Positions 50,785 through 59,399 of a DNA stretch of 64,000 nucleotides are shown one piece after another. Position numbers and translations under genes: made by a program. The notes beneath the pieces are model-generated. The model was not told where the DNA came from. It did no database searches and worked only from the letters and a program-made list of their open reading frames with translations. The stretch covers positions 3,779 through 67,778 of the forward strand of contig CAYXNV010000002.1 in assembly GCA_964466835.1 (NCBI GenBank), in the 5' to 3' direction. The number at the start of each line of letters is the position of its first letter. The stretch's first letter is position 1. The DNA is from an uncultured Gammaproteobacteria bacterium (lineage in GTDB: Bacteria > Patescibacteriota > Patescibacteriia > Patescibacteriales > UBA12465).

Positions 50785-50970
50785 ATGGCTAGAACAGCAT
50801 TAATCGCAAAAGCAAAAAGAAAACCAAAATTTTCCACCCGCAAAATAAATCGTTGTTGGCGCTGTGGTCGTAATCATGGCTATATGCGTGATTTCCAATT
50901 ATGCCGCATTTGTTTTCGGGAATTAGCTGATAATGGTGATTTACCGGGAATTACTAAATCTAGCTGGTAA
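50785..50970 (+). CDS. rpsN: 30S ribosomal protein S14 type Z (zinc-binding)
   Basis: RCWRCGR...LCRICFRE...PGITKSSW; ATG at 50785. Confidence 0.96.
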   Translation: MARTALIAKAKRKPKFSTRKINRCWRCGRNHGYMRDFQLCRICFRELADNGDLPGITKSSW

Positions 50971-50995
50971 TTATTAATAAACATTTACTAAAAAT

Positions 50996-51406
50996 ATGAC
51001 AGACCCAATCGCAGACATGTTTACAAGAATAAGAAATGCTTCCGCTGTTAAAAAATCAGAGGTTCTTTTGCCTATGAGTAAACTAAAATTGGAAATTGCT
51101 AAAATTTTAGCTACTGAAGGCTGGGTTAAAAAGGTTGATGTAGTGGCCGGAGGCTTAAATGGTCATCGTAGTAATTTTGACCAATTAAAGATTGAATTAA
51201 AATATCAGAAGAATGGTAAACCACAAATTACTTCTATTAAACGTTCTAGTAAGCCAGGGCTAAGAGTTTATGTTAGCAAAAGTGAAATTCCAACTGTCAG
51301 AAATAATTTTGGTTTTGCCATAATTTCTACTTCTCGTGGTATCATGACTAATAAGGAAGCTAAGAAGCAGAAAGTTGGCGGTGAATTGATTGGCGAAATA
51401 TATTAA
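50996..51406 (+). CDS. rpsH: 30S ribosomal protein S8
   Basis: MTDPIADMFTRIRNA, SKPGLRVY, STSRG. Confidence 0.97.
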   Translation: MTDPIADMFTRIRNASAVKKSEVLLPMSKLKLEIAKILATEGWVKKVDVVAGGLNGHRSNFDQLKIELKYQKNGKPQITSIKRSSKPGLRVYVSKSEIPTVRNNFGFAIISTSRGIMTNKEAKKQKVGGELIGEIY

Positions 51407-51417
51407 TCTAAAAAATT

Positions 51418-51963
51418 ATGTCACGTTTAGGAAAACTACCAATTGAATTATCAGACGGAGTCCAAGCTAATTTAGATAAAAATATTCTAAAAGTTAAAGG
51501 ACCCAAGGGTGAGCTACAACAAGAGATTATGCCAATTATTGAAGTTAAGATTGAAGATAATCAGATTATTGTTTCCCCTAAAGATTTAGAAGCTAAGAAT
51601 GTTAATGCTTTCTGGGGCTTAACTTGGAGTTTAGTTAGAAATATGGTTATTGGTGTTAGTGAAGGATTTGAGAAAAAATTAGAAGTTAATGGAGTTGGTT
51701 ATCGAGCTGCTTTAGCTGGCAAGAAATTAAATCTAAATTTAGGATTTTCTCATCCAGTTGAATTTAACTTACCAGAAGGAATTAATGCTGCAGTTGAGGG
51801 CAATATCATTACAATTAGTGGAATTAGCAAAGAGTTAGTGGGTGAAACCGCTGCTCAGATTAGAAAATTACGTAAACCAGAACCATATAAAGGTAAGGGT
51901 ATTAAATATGTTGATGAAGTAATTAGAAGAAAAGCAGGTAAGGCTGCTGCTAAAACTGAATAA
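51418..51963 (+). CDS. rplF: 50S ribosomal protein L6
   Basis: [21 protein letters not shown]. Confidence 0.97.
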   Translation: MSRLGKLPIELSDGVQANLDKNILKVKGPKGELQQEIMPIIEVKIEDNQIIVSPKDLEAKNVNAFWGLTWSLVRNMVIGVSEGFEKKLEVNGVGYRAALAGKKLNLNLGFSHPVEFNLPEGINAAVEGNIITISGISKELVGETAAQIRKLRKPEPYKGKGIKYVDEVIRRKAGKAAAKTE

Positions 51964-51974
51964 AGTTTAATTAT

Positions 51975-52328
51975 ATGATTAATGATAAGTTAAAAAAACA
52001 ACAACAAAAACGTCGTCATTCAAGAGTTAGAGCGAAAATTTCTGGGACAGCTAAACGGCCTCGTCTTAGTGTTTTTCGTTCTAATAAAGGTATGTATCTG
52101 CAATTAATTGATGACGAAAAAAGTAAAACCATAGCTAGCGCTTCAATTTTAGAAATTAAAAGTAAAGCCGGCAAGATTGATGTTGGAACAGAATTGGGGA
52201 AGCTAATTGCTAAAAAAGCCGGGGCAAAGAAAATTAAAGAAGTTGTTTTTGACCGTGGATCATATAAATACCATGGTCGAGTTAAGGCTGTAGCTGAAGG
52301 AGCCCGCGAAGGTGGTTTAAAATTTTAA
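51975..52328 (+). CDS. rplR: 50S ribosomal protein L18
   Basis: [24 protein letters not shown]. Confidence 0.97.
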   Translation: MINDKLKKQQQKRRHSRVRAKISGTAKRPRLSVFRSNKGMYLQLIDDEKSKTIASASILEIKSKAGKIDVGTELGKLIAKKAGAKKIKEVVFDRGSYKYHGRVKAVAEGAREGGLKF

Positions 52329-52352
52329 ATTGAAAATTAATTTTATCACAAT

Positions 52353-53012
52353 ATGTCAGAAGATAAACAAACAAAACCAGAAGAAAATAAAGATAAAGGT
52401 GCCGCCGAAGTAGTAGCTAAAAGTGTTTATGGTGCTCAGAAAAAAGGTGGTCAAGCTGGTCCACGCGGTAGACGAGGAGATTTTCGTGGCAAAAATAGAG
52501 GTGGTGAAGATATGGATCAAAGAATTTTAGAAATTGCTCGAGTAACCAGAGTTATGGCTGGCGGGAAAAGAATGAATTTTCGTGCTTGTGTTGCCGTTGG
52601 TGATAAAAAAAAGAATAAAATTGGAATTGGAGTTGGCAAGGGGGCTGATGTTACTATTGCTATCAACAAAGCAGTTAATAGAGCTAAAAAAGAATTAATT
52701 ATAGTACCAATTGTTAATGAAACTATTCCTCATGAAGTTTATCACAAGTCTGGAGCCGCTAAGATCATTTTTAAACCAGCTAAGAAAGGACGAGGTGTTA
52801 TTGCTGGTGGAGTAATTAGGGTTATTTTAGAATTGGCTGGTGTCAAGAATATTACTAGTAAACTTTTAGGCTCTAAGAATAAAATCAATAACGCTCGTTG
52901 TACTATTGAAGCCTTGGCTAGTTTACATAAAGTTGAAAAGAAAGAAGAAGCTGCCAAACCAAAGGAAAAAAAGGAAGAAAAGAAGGATAATAAAAAAGAA
53001 AACAATAAATAA
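52353..53012 (+). CDS. rpsE: 30S ribosomal protein S5 with terminal extensions
   Basis: RVTRVMAGGKR, GVIAGG, LELAGV. Confidence 0.95.
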   Translation: MSEDKQTKPEENKDKGAAEVVAKSVYGAQKKGGQAGPRGRRGDFRGKNRGGEDMDQRILEIARVTRVMAGGKRMNFRACVAVGDKKKNKIGIGVGKGADVTIAINKAVNRAKKELIIVPIVNETIPHEVYHKSGAAKIIFKPAKKGRGVIAGGVIRVILELAGVKNITSKLLGSKNKINNARCTIEALASLHKVEKKEEAAKPKEKKEEKKDNKKENNK

Positions 53013-53031
53013 AGCTTATTAGTATAAAAAT

Positions 53032-53445
53032 ATGTTATCTTTAAATACTGTTAAAAAATCAAAGGGAACCAAACAAGGACGTAAGCGAGTTGGTCGTGGC
53101 AACGCCTCAGGACGTGGTACTTATAGTACCCGCGGCTTAAAAGGACAAAAATCACGTTCTGGTGTTACTAATCTTAAGAGATTAGGTATGAAACAGCAAC
53201 TTTTACAAATTCCCAAGGTTCGTGGTTTTAAATCTCATCGTCCTAAAAATCAAGTAGTAGGGGTTAAAGAAATCAATAATAATTTTAAAGATGATGAAAT
53301 TGTTAATCCAAGCACTCTTTTCGAGAAAAATCTAATCTCTAGTCCGAAATTACCTATTAAAATTTTAGGTAAAGAAAAGTTGACGGTTAAAGTAAAATTT
53401 GAGAAAGTTAAGATGAGTGAATCTGTTAGTAAGCAAATAAAATAA
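53032..53445 (+). CDS. rplO: 50S ribosomal protein L15
   Basis: KRVGRGNASGRG, KGQKSRSG. Confidence 0.94.
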   Translation: MLSLNTVKKSKGTKQGRKRVGRGNASGRGTYSTRGLKGQKSRSGVTNLKRLGMKQQLLQIPKVRGFKSHRPKNQVVGVKEINNNFKDDEIVNPSTLFEKNLISSPKLPIKILGKEKLTVKVKFEKVKMSESVSKQIK

Positions 53446-53454
53446 TTTATTTAT

Positions 53455-54726
53455 ATGTTTGATAAATTAATTCAAATTTGGAAAGCCAGAGATTTAAGAA
53501 AGAATATCTTGTTTGTTTTGGGTATGTTGGTTATTTTCCGACTAGCTGCTCATATTCCAATTCCCGGTGTTGATTTAGTAGCTTTAAAAAATCTATTTGC
53601 TTCTAATCAGATTTTAGGCTTGTTGAATCTTTTTTCTGGTGGTGGTATGGAAACCTTTTCAGTAGTAATGATGGGGGTTGGTCCTTATATTACCTCTTCT
53701 ATTATTTTCCAACTTCTAGGCATGGTTGTTCCTAAATTAGAAGAAATGCAGAAAGAAGAATCTGGGCGAGCTAAGATTAATAAATGGACCAGAATGGCTA
53801 CTGTCCCTTTAGCAGCTCTTCAAGCTTATGGCATGATTACTCTATTACGTAATAGTTCAGCTGGTATTGTTGGTAGCATTAATCCTTTTGATTTTGCTAC
53901 TATGATTCTTACAGTTACCGCTGGCTCTATTTTTCTGATGTGGTTGGGAGAATTAATTTCTGAAAAAAATGTTGGTAATGGTATTTCTTTAATTATCTTC
54001 GCTGGTATTATTGCTAGCTTGCCTAAAGTTGTTCAACAAATTGCTTTTACCTTTGATCAATCTCAGTTATATATGTTAATTGGTTTTGTAGTTATTGCTT
54101 TAGTCACAATTATTGGGGTGGTTATTATTAATGAAGGTCAACGCAATATTCCAGTTCAATATGCACGACAAATAAGGGGTAACCGAGCCTATGGTGGCAC
54201 TAGTACTCATTTGCCGTTGCGAGTAAATATGGCTGGTGTTATTCCAATTATCTTCGCTATCTCAGTTGTTTTATTCCCCTCGATGATTGCTCAATTTTTG
54301 GTTCATGCTAAAACTATTTGGATAGCTAATTTCGCCAATTGGGTGATCATGATGTTTAATAATCAATTATTCTATGGCATAGTTTACTTCCTATTAGTTG
54401 TTGCCTTTACCTATTTCTATACTGAAGTTATTTTCCATCCCACTCAAATTGCTGATAATTTGCAAAAACAAGGTGGCTTTATACCCGGAATCCGTCCTGG
54501 CAAGAATACCAGTGATTATTTATCCTATACCACTCACAAGATTATTTTAGTTGGTGCTTTATTCCTTGGTGTTATTGCTATTCTGCCATTATTTATGCGC
54601 TACTTCACTGGTATGCAATCTTTTGCTATTGGTGGCACCAGTCTTTTAATCGTGGTCGCAGTAGTAATTGAAACTGTTAAACAAATAGAATCTCAGTTGA
54701 CAATGAGAGAATATGATGGTTTATAG
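53455..54726 (+). CDS. secY: Preprotein translocase subunit SecY
   Basis: GVGPYITSSII, GNGISLII, AGVIPIIFA, IPGIRPG, GGTSLLI. Confidence 0.97.
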   Translation: MFDKLIQIWKARDLRKNILFVLGMLVIFRLAAHIPIPGVDLVALKNLFASNQILGLLNLFSGGGMETFSVVMMGVGPYITSSIIFQLLGMVVPKLEEMQKEESGRAKINKWTRMATVPLAALQAYGMITLLRNSSAGIVGSINPFDFATMILTVTAGSIFLMWLGELISEKNVGNGISLIIFAGIIASLPKVVQQIAFTFDQSQLYMLIGFVVIALVTIIGVVIINEGQRNIPVQYARQIRGNRAYGGTSTHLPLRVNMAGVIPIIFAISVVLFPSMIAQFLVHAKTIWIANFANWVIMMFNNQLFYGIVYFLLVVAFTYFYTEVIFHPTQIADNLQKQGGFIPGIRPGKNTSDYLSYTTHKIILVGALFLGVIAILPLFMRYFTGMQSFAIGGTSLLIVVAVVIETVKQIESQLTMREYDGL

Positions 54727-54747
54727 TTAAAATTTATATAAAATAAG

Positions 54748-54777
54748 AAAAAAGCGGCTTTATAGCCGTCTTTTTTT
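54748..54777 (+). terminator. Terminator after secY
   Basis: AAAAAAGCGGCT-ttat-AGCCGTC-TTTTTTT. Confidence 0.75.
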
Positions 54778-54793
54778 ATGTTATACTGGTATT

Positions 54794-55090
54794 ATGGATA
54801 TCAAAGATGTCCTAAAAGACGTAGGAAACTTAACTGATTATCGCCTTGAACAACGTTTAGATGAGATGATTCGCAAGAATCCTAGTTATAATCATTTAGA
54901 CAAAAAGAACCAGGCGCTGCTTTTGGATTTGTTAGATAAATATAAGGAAAAAGTGAGAAAAGGGATTAGGATTTCAGGTTTTTCTATTCGGAAGGATATG
55001 TATCGTCTTTATCGTAATCGAATTAAATTAAACTTAACTAAAATGGATCTAGATGCAATTAGGAAGATTTTGAAGAGTTTTAAAAATTAA
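54794..55090 (+). CDS. Hypothetical basic helical protein
   Basis: 98-aa ORF with TGT-TATACT 6 nt upstream of the ATG. Confidence 0.7.
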   Translation: MDIKDVLKDVGNLTDYRLEQRLDEMIRKNPSYNHLDKKNQALLLDLLDKYKEKVRKGIRISGFSIRKDMYRLYRNRIKLNLTKMDLDAIRKILKSFKN

Positions 55091-55092
55091 TT

Positions 55093-55605
55093 ATGGGTAT
55101 TGATAATTTACCTCGCCGAAGTGGTAGTTTCCGAGCCACTAGTGGAGCGGGAAGTTTCAAAAGAAAATTTACTAGCGCTACTAAATTCGGCAGTCTTAAA
55201 AATTTAAGAGATAATAAAGAGGGTGTTCTAAAGGCGATCAAAAAATATGAACGCTCTATTAAGTTAGGTAGTTTTAATCGTAAAAGTCGAATTAGCGCTA
55301 TGAAAATGATTAAGGCGTCCGAAAAGAAAAAGGGTCGCATGTTAACCAGAGATGATAGAAAAGATATTAGAAAGGTTTTTAATCATTTAGCTACTAAGTC
55401 CTCAGCTACACCTACTAAAGTCAGAGCAAAGGCAGAGCCTTTAGATAGACCCCGCACTAGACTAGGAGCATCGCCAATTAGAAGTCGAGTTATGCCCAAT
55501 GGCAGATTAAACACAGGGTTGGCTAATCAAAACCCAGAAACACCTCCTAGAGCCTCAGTTGATCAACCATCTTCATTCCCAGGAGGAGGATTAGCTCTTA
55601 AGTAA
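55093..55605 (+). CDS. Hypothetical highly basic protein with Pro-rich tail
   Basis: 170-aa K/R-rich ORF, 2 nt after the previous stop. Confidence 0.65.
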   Translation: MGIDNLPRRSGSFRATSGAGSFKRKFTSATKFGSLKNLRDNKEGVLKAIKKYERSIKLGSFNRKSRISAMKMIKASEKKKGRMLTRDDRKDIRKVFNHLATKSSATPTKVRAKAEPLDRPRTRLGASPIRSRVMPNGRLNTGLANQNPETPPRASVDQPSSFPGGGLALK

Positions 55606-55622
55606 AAGATTAAAGTTTTATT

Positions 55623-56453
55623 ATGTATATAAAAACTAAGGAAGAAATTAAAATAATGAGAGAGGGCGGTCGTAGATTGGCCGCTATTTTGTCGCGCTTG
55701 ATAAAAGAAGTTAAGCCAGGAATTAACACTAGTTATTTAGAAGATTTAGCTAACAAATTAATTGTAGAAAATGGAGGTGTTTCCGCTTTTAAAAACTATC
55801 CTTTAGGACAGGGTGTAATTTTTCCTTCTACACTTTGTATTTCTATCAATAATGAAGTCGTTCATGGCAGTGCTTTACCTAATCGAGTTATTAATGAGGG
55901 TGATATCGTTGATATTGATATCGGGATGGAATGGCCAGCTACTAAAGAATTACAAAAGGAATATAAAGCACCGATTAATCCTCACTCTAAAACTGGCGGT
56001 TTTTTCACTGACACCTGTACTACAGTTGGAGTTGGTAAAATTAGTGCTGAAGCTAAAAAACTAATTCAAGTTACCAGAGAATGTTTAGAGTTAGCTATTA
56101 AAGAAGTAAAGCCTGATAATACCATTAATGATATTGCTCGAGCAGTGCAAACTTTAGCTGAAAGTCATAGCTATGGCGTAGTTAAAGATTTAGTTGGCCA
56201 TGGGGTTGGTTATTTCCCCCATGAAAAACCAGATGTTTTTAACTTTGAAATTGCTGAGAAATCACCGGAAAATATTACTTTGAAACCAGGAATGGTGATT
56301 GCTATTGAACCAATGGTTAATCAAGGTACTTGGAAGGTGAAAACAGCCAAAGATGGCTTTACCGTCCTGACCGAAGATGGTCTTCCCAGTGCCCATTTTG
56401 AGCATACAGTAGCCGTGACTGAAGATGGCTATGAAATATTAACAAAAGTATGA
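55623..56453 (+). CDS. map: Methionine aminopeptidase type I
   Basis: CISINNEVVHG, GHGVG, AIEPMVN, SAHFEHTV. Confidence 0.95.
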   Translation: MYIKTKEEIKIMREGGRRLAAILSRLIKEVKPGINTSYLEDLANKLIVENGGVSAFKNYPLGQGVIFPSTLCISINNEVVHGSALPNRVINEGDIVDIDIGMEWPATKELQKEYKAPINPHSKTGGFFTDTCTTVGVGKISAEAKKLIQVTRECLELAIKEVKPDNTINDIARAVQTLAESHSYGVVKDLVGHGVGYFPHEKPDVFNFEIAEKSPENITLKPGMVIAIEPMVNQGTWKVKTAKDGFTVLTEDGLPSAHFEHTVAVTEDGYEILTKV

Positions 56454-56836
56454 GTGAAGAAATAAAAAAATATCTAGGGATTGATTGGGGAGAGAAAAGA
56501 ATCGGCTTAGCTATGGCTGATAGTGAAACTAATATTGCTCTACCACTTAGAACTGTTAATACACTGACAGAAGTTTTAGAAGTGATAGAAAAAGAAAATA
56601 TTAGGGAGGTTATTGTTGGTCATCCCAAAAAAATGAGTGGCGAAGCAGCTGATAATCCCAGTTGGTTTAATTTTATTAAACAATTAAAAGAGAAGTGTCC
56701 TTGTTCAATTATGCTTTTAGATGAGCGTCTTAGTAGTATAGCGGTTGATGCTTTAGTTGGCGAGGCTAAGGATAAGGCTAATCGCGATGATGTAGCCGCC
56801 ACTATTATTCTCCAAGATTATTTAGATAGAATTTAA
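56450..56836 (+). CDS. ruvX: YqgF/RuvX family nuclease
   Basis: LGIDWGEKRIGLA, DERLSS, DDVAATIILQ. Confidence 0.93.
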   Translation: MSEEIKKYLGIDWGEKRIGLAMADSETNIALPLRTVNTLTEVLEVIEKENIREVIVGHPKKMSGEAADNPSWFNFIKQLKEKCPCSIMLLDERLSSIAVDALVGEAKDKANRDDVAATIILQDYLDRI

Positions 56837-56837
56837 T

Positions 56838-57557
56838 ATGGACGAAACTAAGAATACATTAGCTATTATTTTGAAACGTCAAAGCTATCGTGAAAACGAT
56901 AGCTTAGTTATTGTCTATACTAAAAAATTTGGCAAACTATCATTAGTAGCTCGAGGAACTAAGAAAACTCAGTCTAAGTTAGCTGGTCATTTAGAACCAA
57001 TTAGTTTAGCTGAGATAATGATAATAAAAGGGAAGGGACATGATTATATTGGTAGTGCTTTAGGCAAAGAAGCTTTTTTAAATATAAAAGATGATTTAAA
57101 TAAATTATATTACGCTGGCCAAGCTATTAGAATATTTAATCGCCTGATTAAAGACAGCCAAGCTGATGAACGTTTATTTTATCTATTAAAAAATTGGTTA
57201 GAGCTGATAAACACTGTTGATGTTTTAGATAAGGAGAGAGGAGAATTGTTTCTTGGCTTTTTTGTAATTAGACTATTAAGTGAACTAGGCTATTCTCCAG
57301 AAATGAGTAATTGCTTAGTTTGTAAGCAGAAAATAACGCCAGGCAATAACTATTTTAATCTCCAGAGTGGAGGAGTGGTTGATAAAGATTGTTTTCAAGC
57401 TAACAATAATCTAATTAAAATTTCTGATGACACAATCAAATTAATTAAATTTATTCTCAATAACAAGTTTAATCAATCTAGCAAAGTGAAAGTTAATAAA
57501 AAAATAATTAAAGAACTATCAAGCCTAACTAATAATTTTTTAAACTATCATCTATAA
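56838..57557 (+). CDS. recO: DNA repair protein RecO
   Basis: YRENDSLV, GKLSLVARG, LGYSP..CLVC. Confidence 0.92.
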   Translation: MDETKNTLAIILKRQSYRENDSLVIVYTKKFGKLSLVARGTKKTQSKLAGHLEPISLAEIMIIKGKGHDYIGSALGKEAFLNIKDDLNKLYYAGQAIRIFNRLIKDSQADERLFYLLKNWLELINTVDVLDKERGELFLGFFVIRLLSELGYSPEMSNCLVCKQKITPGNNYFNLQSGGVVDKDCFQANNNLIKISDDTIKLIKFILNNKFNQSSKVKVNKKIIKELSSLTNNFLNYHL

Positions 57558-57569
57558 GTATCTATAAAG

Positions 57570-57601
57570 AAAAAAACCTCGTTTATATTAAACGGGTTTT
57601 T
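57570..57601. terminator. Bidirectional terminator between recO and cassette 7
   Basis: AAAAAAACCTCGTTTA-tat-TAAACGGGTTTTT. Confidence 0.7.
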
Positions 57602-57623
57602 GTATTGTTTTTTTGTTCAAAAA

Positions 57624-57881
57624 TTAATTTTGAATCAGGAATTTGAAATTTCTTCTCGCATCACTCCATTGACTTTCAGATATTAAAGCCATAATAAAGG
57701 AATAAAGCGATAGCACCATAATAACATGCATGGAGAAAGTACCCCATCTTTCTGGAAGATATTGTATCTGTCCAAATAGATCGGTGAAAAGCGCGCTGTA
57801 CATAATCAGGGTCAGAAGGACGTAAACAAAGAATTGAATTCCTTCATTTCTCATTTTTTTCTTTAATTGTTTGGTTTCCAT
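57624..57881 (-). CDS. Orphan small two-TM membrane protein (cassette 7)
   Basis: 85-aa ORF with two hydrophobic helices, own promoter and terminator. Confidence 0.7.
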   Translation of the reverse strand: METKQLKKKMRNEGIQFFVYVLLTLIMYSALFTDLFGQIQYLPERWGTFSMHVIMVLSLYSFIMALISESQWSDARRNFKFLIQN

Positions 57882-57946
57882 TACTTGATTCTTGGTTTTT
57901 AAATAACTAATTATTATATATTATCACATTTTACTTATTTTGTCAA
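57882..57946 (-). promoter_or_regulatory. Promoter with boxA-like/ACCAA leader for orphan 57881
   Basis: Minus strand TTGACA-N17-TAATAT (TGA extended), GTTATTTAAAAACCAAG. Confidence 0.7.
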
Positions 57947-58096
57947 TATATAGGATAAACTATTGAATATTAGGGGAAATAATCGGGTTGTTTTTTTCTT
58001 GCTAAAATCACTAAAATAAGATAGAATTTAAGTAGTTAAATAAGACAATTTCTAATAAATTCAGGCCTGCTAAGGGCTTGAGCTTAATTTATCTAT

Positions 58097-59395
58097 ATGT
58101 CAAGAATTTTAATTGCTGAGGCCAAAAAACAAGGCAAGGGAAAAGTAAGTATCGCTGGCTGGGTGCGTAATATTCGTGCTCATAAAGGCGTTATTTTTGT
58201 AGATTTGTGCGATATCTCTGATATCATGCAGATTGTTTTTGTAGCTGGCAATAATAATTATGACATGATTGAGAAGCTACAATTAGAAAGTGTGATTGAA
58301 GTAGTTGGTGCTCTCCAGGAGAAACCCAACAAAGACAAAGAAGCCCCCAAGGATTATGAGTTAGCAGTAGAAGAAGTAAAATTAATCTCAGCGGCTGAAG
58401 AAAATCTACCAATTCCAGTTTTAACTAAAACTGATAATGAAGCTAATTTAGATAATCGTTTTGACTGGCGCTGGCTGGACCTCCGGCGACAGGAAAACCA
58501 GATGATTTTTAAACTCTGGAGTAAATTAGAAGAAGGTTTCCGTGATTATTTTCTCGCTAATAACTTTATTCAAATCTATACCCCTTGTTTCATGAATACG
58601 GCCAGTGAAAGTGGTTCTGAAGTATTTGAAGTAAAATATTTTGAGAAGAAGGCTTATTTATCTCAATCTCCTCAATTCTATAAACAAATGGCAATGTCCT
58701 CTGGCCTAGAAAAGGTCTTTACCTTTGGACCAGTTTTTAGAGCAGAACCATCCTTTACCTCTCGTCATGTAACTGAATTCACTGGTTGGGATTTTGAGAT
58801 CTCTTATATCAATTCCCATATTAATGTGATGGATGTAGAGGAGGAATTATTGGTATCTGGCTTTAAAAAGGTGAAAGAAGATTTAAATTTAGAGATTGAA
58901 GTCCCTAGCCAACCTTTCCCTCGTATTACTTTAGCTGAAGCTAAGAAGAAATTAAAAGAGGCTGGTGTTAAGAGTGAAAAAGACTTTGATTTTTCAACTG
59001 AGGAAGAAAAAGAACTGGGAGATATTATTAAGAAAGAAACTGGTCACGATTTTGTTTTTGTAACTGATTATCCGATTGAGGCTCGTCCTTTCTATCACAT
59101 GCGTTATGAAGATAAACCAGAGATTACTAAGAGTTTTGATTTATTGTATCGAGGCTTAGAAATAACTACTGGTGCTCAACGTGAACATCGAGTTGAGGTA
59201 TTAGAAAAACAAGCGCTAGAAAAAGGAATGAATTTAGAAGAGTTAAAAGATTATATTAATTTCTTCCGCTATGGTTGTCCTAGTCATGGTGGAGTTGGTA
59301 TTGGGCCAGCTAGGATTATTATGAAGATATTGGGGTTAAATAATATTAAAGAAGCTTGCTTCTTGCCTCGAGATGTAAAAAGATTAACTCCCTAA
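58097..59395 (+). CDS. aspS: Aspartyl-tRNA synthetase, short archaeal/AspS2 type
   Basis: 432 aa with no GAD insertion; [41 protein letters not shown]. Confidence 0.9.
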   Translation: MSRILIAEAKKQGKGKVSIAGWVRNIRAHKGVIFVDLCDISDIMQIVFVAGNNNYDMIEKLQLESVIEVVGALQEKPNKDKEAPKDYELAVEEVKLISAAEENLPIPVLTKTDNEANLDNRFDWRWLDLRRQENQMIFKLWSKLEEGFRDYFLANNFIQIYTPCFMNTASESGSEVFEVKYFEKKAYLSQSPQFYKQMAMSSGLEKVFTFGPVFRAEPSFTSRHVTEFTGWDFEISYINSHINVMDVEEELLVSGFKKVKEDLNLEIEVPSQPFPRITLAEAKKKLKEAGVKSEKDFDFSTEEEKELGDIIKKETGHDFVFVTDYPIEARPFYHMRYEDKPEITKSFDLLYRGLEITTGAQREHRVEVLEKQALEKGMNLEELKDYINFFRYGCPSHGGVGIGPARIIMKILGLNNIKEACFLPRDVKRLTP

Positions 59396-59399
59396 TCCT

